DNA of 53,076 nt from Trypethelium eluteriae. Its lineage: Eukaryota. The DNA is taken from positions 1-53,076 of the forward strand of contig JAVECL010000104.1 in assembly GCA_051942245.1 (NCBI GenBank), written 5' to 3'. Below, one piece after another: positions 48,954-53,076 of this stretch; position 1 is the first letter of the stretch; each line of letters opens with the position of its first letter. The position numbers and the translations under genes were made by a program. The notes beneath the pieces were generated by a model. It searched no databases. It was not told where the DNA came from and saw only the letters and a list, made by a program, of their open reading frames with translations.

Positions 48954-50480
48954 GGCACTGCTTCGCCAATCACCGCATCTTCAACGATGTAAGGTATCAG
49001 TTTCTCGGGCCGGAGGAGGTCGGACTCGGCGCTGACTTGGCTGCACATGGACGGGACCAAGAACACCTTATGACTAACCATGACATCATATTCACGTTGT
49101 GTCTCGCCTTCGGATAAGCTGTTGACCCAATTCAACAAGGCCTGTAACTAATTCCTGAATGAGTATCCTTAGGATGATAATACTTGGGTAAAATTGCGAT
49201 GCCGAAGTTCAGCTATGCGATCCTGGTTGGCACCTTTATTCAGGTTGAAAAAGAGTTGGGTTCAGGCATAGAAAATCCTGAAAGAGAAATCTTGAAATAT
49301 TTGGGAACATCATTGCTCAACGGCTAGCCAGGAACCGCGGATTCTGTATCGTCCCTTCTGGCTTGACCCAAGTTGAGCTAGAGTAACTCAGTACGCTTAT
49401 TTCCACAAAGTCGCATAGACGCGGGAGATGCAGCCCAGTTTTTAAACACTTTAGCTCAGCAAAGAAATTGTATGAGATCTTGCGGCAAGGAAGAAGCCAG
49501 TAAAATATTATCGTGTGCGTGAGACTATTGGCCATATTTGGACAGGCGCGCCGGCATGGCACCAGCCTCCTTGATTCTAGAAGTCAGCGTTATGAGCATC
49601 ATCACCGAATCCATCCGCCAAACGTGGAGGATGTCCGTCCAGATTGCCGGTAATTGGTGCACTCGGTGAGACCGACGCGATAGACTTTTTCGTTTCGTCT
49701 ACAGCGTAAGCAACAAATACCCCTCGGGAAGTTACGGTAGGGACAGGAATCCTAAGCGCCTATGCAAGGCTGAACATCGTCAGGAAAAGCATCTGCATCA
49801 GTCAACGATTATAGGTACGTCCTGAAATCATCTACGAATAAGAAAAGTTGGAAGATTGCCTGATCGTAACCCCGGATATTACGGCTCGGGTGAAAATGCT
49901 GCAGAGGGGGGCAAAGTTGCGCCTTGGCCAAGAAGGCGATGGGTCGGAAGCCGTGCACCAGCCACAGCTCCTCGGAGAGGAGCTTATTTGTTGCACTTCT
50001 CATGATTAGGTAGGCCACAGCGGCGTGGCATAGCACGATCTGCGCACGCGACTCGCGTAGGGGGCAGTGATTGCTATCGGAAGGCGCCCAAGCAGGTTTT
50101 TGGGTCATATTGTGGTGTTGCACTTCTGCAGGGGATTTGGAAGCGTGCAGTGTATGGAGTACGTACCCCATACATAAAATGTGAAAGTGCTTCATAGAAG
50201 GTAGCAAACGGTCAATTCACGTGAAAGGTACCTATTAATGTACTCCGCTACTGCTGGTTATCCATGCTGCCGGCTCACCGATCGACACGGGGATAGAAAA
50301 GCCAAGATAAAGTGCCGCCTTGTTGGAGCTGGCCGCCTTGTGCTGGTCGTGTGATGGGCTTGCTGTAGTTTTGTTTCAAACTGGACTTTGACCGAGCCTT
50401 GGCAGTTACTTATAAAGTGAAGCTGACGGCGGAATTCTCCACAATCCTCCTCAGAAAGACGTAATCACAACATCATCAAG

Positions 50481-50792
50481 TCGCGACGCGGTTGTGGGGC
50501 TGTCGCGTGTACAAAATTCAGCGCGAGAAAAAAGTCGAGACTGGAGTAGTCAAAACGCTGGGGAAGATGAAAAATTTGCGGCGGTATGTGTTAATCATCC
50601 AGGGGATTGCAGTTTAGTACGGTAGAAATACGGTTTCAATGTCATGGTACCGGATTGTGGATCTATCGCATGTGGAGCATTTCCCATTTGACGCGAAGAG
50701 TCGCGTGGTAGGCAAAAGTCATCAAGTCCGCGTTTTTGGAAATTGAATTGGTACAGCCGCGTTCAGCAGCACCATAACGCTTCTGAGACGCG
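50481..50792. promoter_or_regulatory. Cluster of CGCG-core (MCB/SCB/StuA-response-like) elements
   Basis: Nine CGCG cores in about 310 bp of non-coding DNA, at 50482, 50487, 50504, 50522, 50692, 50702, 50729, 50758 and 50789. Function is inferred. Confidence 0.45.
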
Positions 50793-52377
50793 AATCGTTG
50801 CTTAGCCGCCCCCCACTTGGAGGCTTCTTCTAGTGGAGAAAGCTAAAAGAAGGATTCCATCGGTGCCATCACCCCATGCTGGCGAGTGCGGGCATTATTG
50901 TGGGCCTAATCCACTGTGCTGCTACCTCACTCTACGGGTCACGGCATGACGGCATGAGGTTGTGATACGGACCCCGTCAAACGTTTTTTTTTTTTTTTTA
51001 AATTTGATGAACATGTATGCGTGCCTCGCATACGATAGATGCATTATGTCGTAGGCCGTCAAATTCCAGAGATCCGTAGACACATCTACTGCTCCTCCCT
51101 TCTCCGCATTTGCAGGGTCCGACAGGGTCTCCATAAGGGTCTTCATAGGATTTAGCCGTTCATGGTTCTGCGTTGGATATTAGGATATCAGCAATGTCCG
51201 AAAAGCGTGAAGATGGGACGGATTGGGTGGACTGGGCGATCAACGGATGGGATGCGGTGGTCCCTCTCCCAAGGGGCCACGGGCGGTGCAGCGGTACTGT
51301 GCCTCAACCACCAGTCCGAAACGGACGCGGTATGCGAATGCGGAGATGAGCTTCTATTGGTCTCCAAGTGGGACAGGCTGGAGTTGAAATGACGACAAAG
51401 TACCCCGTCATTCACGTTGGTTCGGCTCAAACATTGACCTCAGAACTGCACTGATTGGACGCGGTGCTTACACACGAAAAGTCGGTAAAGAATCACTGTC
51501 ATGATGCTCTAGTTAGAAGCTCCACCTCACTTGAAAGTTTTTTGTACCATTTCCTGCGGGCCTATACGAATCAGAGACGGTCAGTCACTCTTTTCGACTC
51601 CACAGCGCTCCCAAAGAAAAACCGAATTTCGATGGAGACGATGATGATATCGGGCTAGAGACGCGCTGCACGGTTGTTAGCGGTGGCTTGCAGGTGAGAG
51701 GACCAGGGCTAGGGCCAGGACAAGGGTCCTGGCCAGAAGGCCTTCCGCTTCTGTTCGCGCAATACCTTCGAAAAAATAAGTGGGCCATTGGCAGGCCGAG
51801 TGCGTCCGGCAACATGGTTGCAGTCGCCGACCGGGACGATGGATTGGCTGGATCTAGTGCAGAGTGGATGCAAGAGTAGATAGCCTACAGCCAGCCTGTC
51901 GAGCTGTTCGGCTTTGGGACCAAGTGCGATTGGGTGGCGGCTTTTGACAGCGCTGCGGCACGAAGGAGCAGTCTGCCTCCCATCGCTGTCCAAAGCAGGC
52001 CGCGTCCGTGGTAGACAAATGGAAAACACGGACGTCGAACGCGTTTTCTTGGCCATGAAGCAGAGGGTCGGTGCACACAGGCGGCGGACCGCTGACTACC
52101 TTAGGTACGGTGCAAACAGCAAGATGAGCTCAAAGTTTCAGCGGCGATGGGAATGGCAGACGCCGGTGGCAGACGAGGCATGCCTGGAGCACAAGGGCAA
52201 TTTCGAGTCTTGAACGTGTCACAGTGACCTGCCACGACGGGGTCGAAGGTTGGCTCTGTTTTTCCGCGTGTAGCTGTGTAGTAGTATGTAACAGGTAGAT
52301 CCCAGCATGGCAAAGGGGAGCGGACGGGGCCAGAGGCGTCTCGTCAGGGGATGATTGAGGTCTGCTCCGTCTGCTGG

Positions 52378-52432
52378 AGCTGGTGCCGGTGCTGGTACGG
52401 AGGACTGGTGCTGGTGCTGGTGCTGGCGCTGG
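52378..52432. repeat. Imperfect hexamer repeat (GCTGGT)n
   Basis: gctggtgccggtgctggt ... ctggtgctggtgctggtgctggcgctgg. Confidence 0.8.
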
Positions 52433-53076
52433 CTCGGCTTGCTTGGACCCTGCCATCCTTCGCCCGCCGTCTTCTCGCCCAGACGCGCTCCCTGGGCCAG
52501 GATTGGCTGTGAGTGCTCGCTGGGAGCTGTCTCGATTGGGCATGGTGCCATCTCACCCGTGCTGCTGCAAAAACCCTCAGCCAGCGTTCCATCTTCTCTC
52601 TTCACCACCGCCATTGCTTCTCCTCAGCAACTGGTGAGAGGAACCTTCATTCTTCATCCTCTCCTCTTCCTCCTTCACCGTCTCCCTCGTGTGGTCGACT
52701 GCCGAATCAAGCCCCCCTCCCGTTGGGCCATAGAAAACGGTACAAGTTCCCGTCAGGCTTCTTGTCCAACTCAATCCTCACCTTGCCCCTCGTGTGCCTG
52801 TCTCGGCTACTTCCTCTTGACCGTTACCTTGTCTCTCGATCAGACTCAAATACTGGCCGTTGTATGGCTTATTGCAACAATTGTCTCTTGTGAGCACGAC
52901 TTGTTGGCATCGTTTCCTCGTCCATCGGTCCCTCCGACTACTTTCTCCGTTGATCGTGAGCACCGACAACACCTCCAACTCCACCTTACCTCCCTATCGT
53001 TGATTCATTGAGGCCCAAGATTTACACACCGAAGGAGCAAGTACTCACCACTGCAATTGGTAAGTTAGCAATGCAA

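Noticed and set aside
51585..53011. ORFs 52355-53011 (+, 218 aa) and 52130-52614 (-)
   Set aside because: Non-ATG starts or hexamer-repeat-driven low complexity. Better explained as the leader region of a gene beyond the window.
1..53076. CRISPR array, rRNA, riboswitch, intact transposon or Starship captain recombinase
   Set aside because: No regularly spaced repeats, no TPP-riboswitch core, and no transposase, RT or tyrosine-recombinase motifs recognised by eye.

Overview
Eukaryotic DNA from a filamentous ascomycete (Pezizomycotina; inferred from short GT-AG introns with CTRAC-type branch sites and from protein identities). The supplied ORF track ignores introns and uses GTG/TTG starts, so the gene models below were re-spliced by eye. 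The backbone is housekeeping genes: a DCAF7/WDR68-like WD40 protein, phosphopantetheine adenylyltransferase, an F-box-like protein, Spt5, an amino-acid permease, Trm734/WDR6, a hypothetical protein, an intron-containing tRNA-Gln(CTG), Spc105/KNL1, Rps11, Kmt6/EZH2, a secreted carboxylesterase and a Zn2Cys6 factor. Between them lie small accessory pockets with decayed genes that the ORF track does not show as such. These are an HNH-type nuclease gene broken by four TAA/TAG stops, a frameshifted NRPS-like adenylation-domain relic, a SesB-hydrolase/NACHT NLR-like gene lacking its C-terminal sensor repeats that faces a cytochrome P450 5' relic, and a possible orphan pseudogene. Most lesions fit RIP-type CpA>TpA change. 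A dense CGCG (MCB/SCB/StuA-like) cluster lies in the last intergenic region. I found no convincing new multi-gene system, intact transposon or CRISPR array. All identifications come from motif recognition, not database searches.
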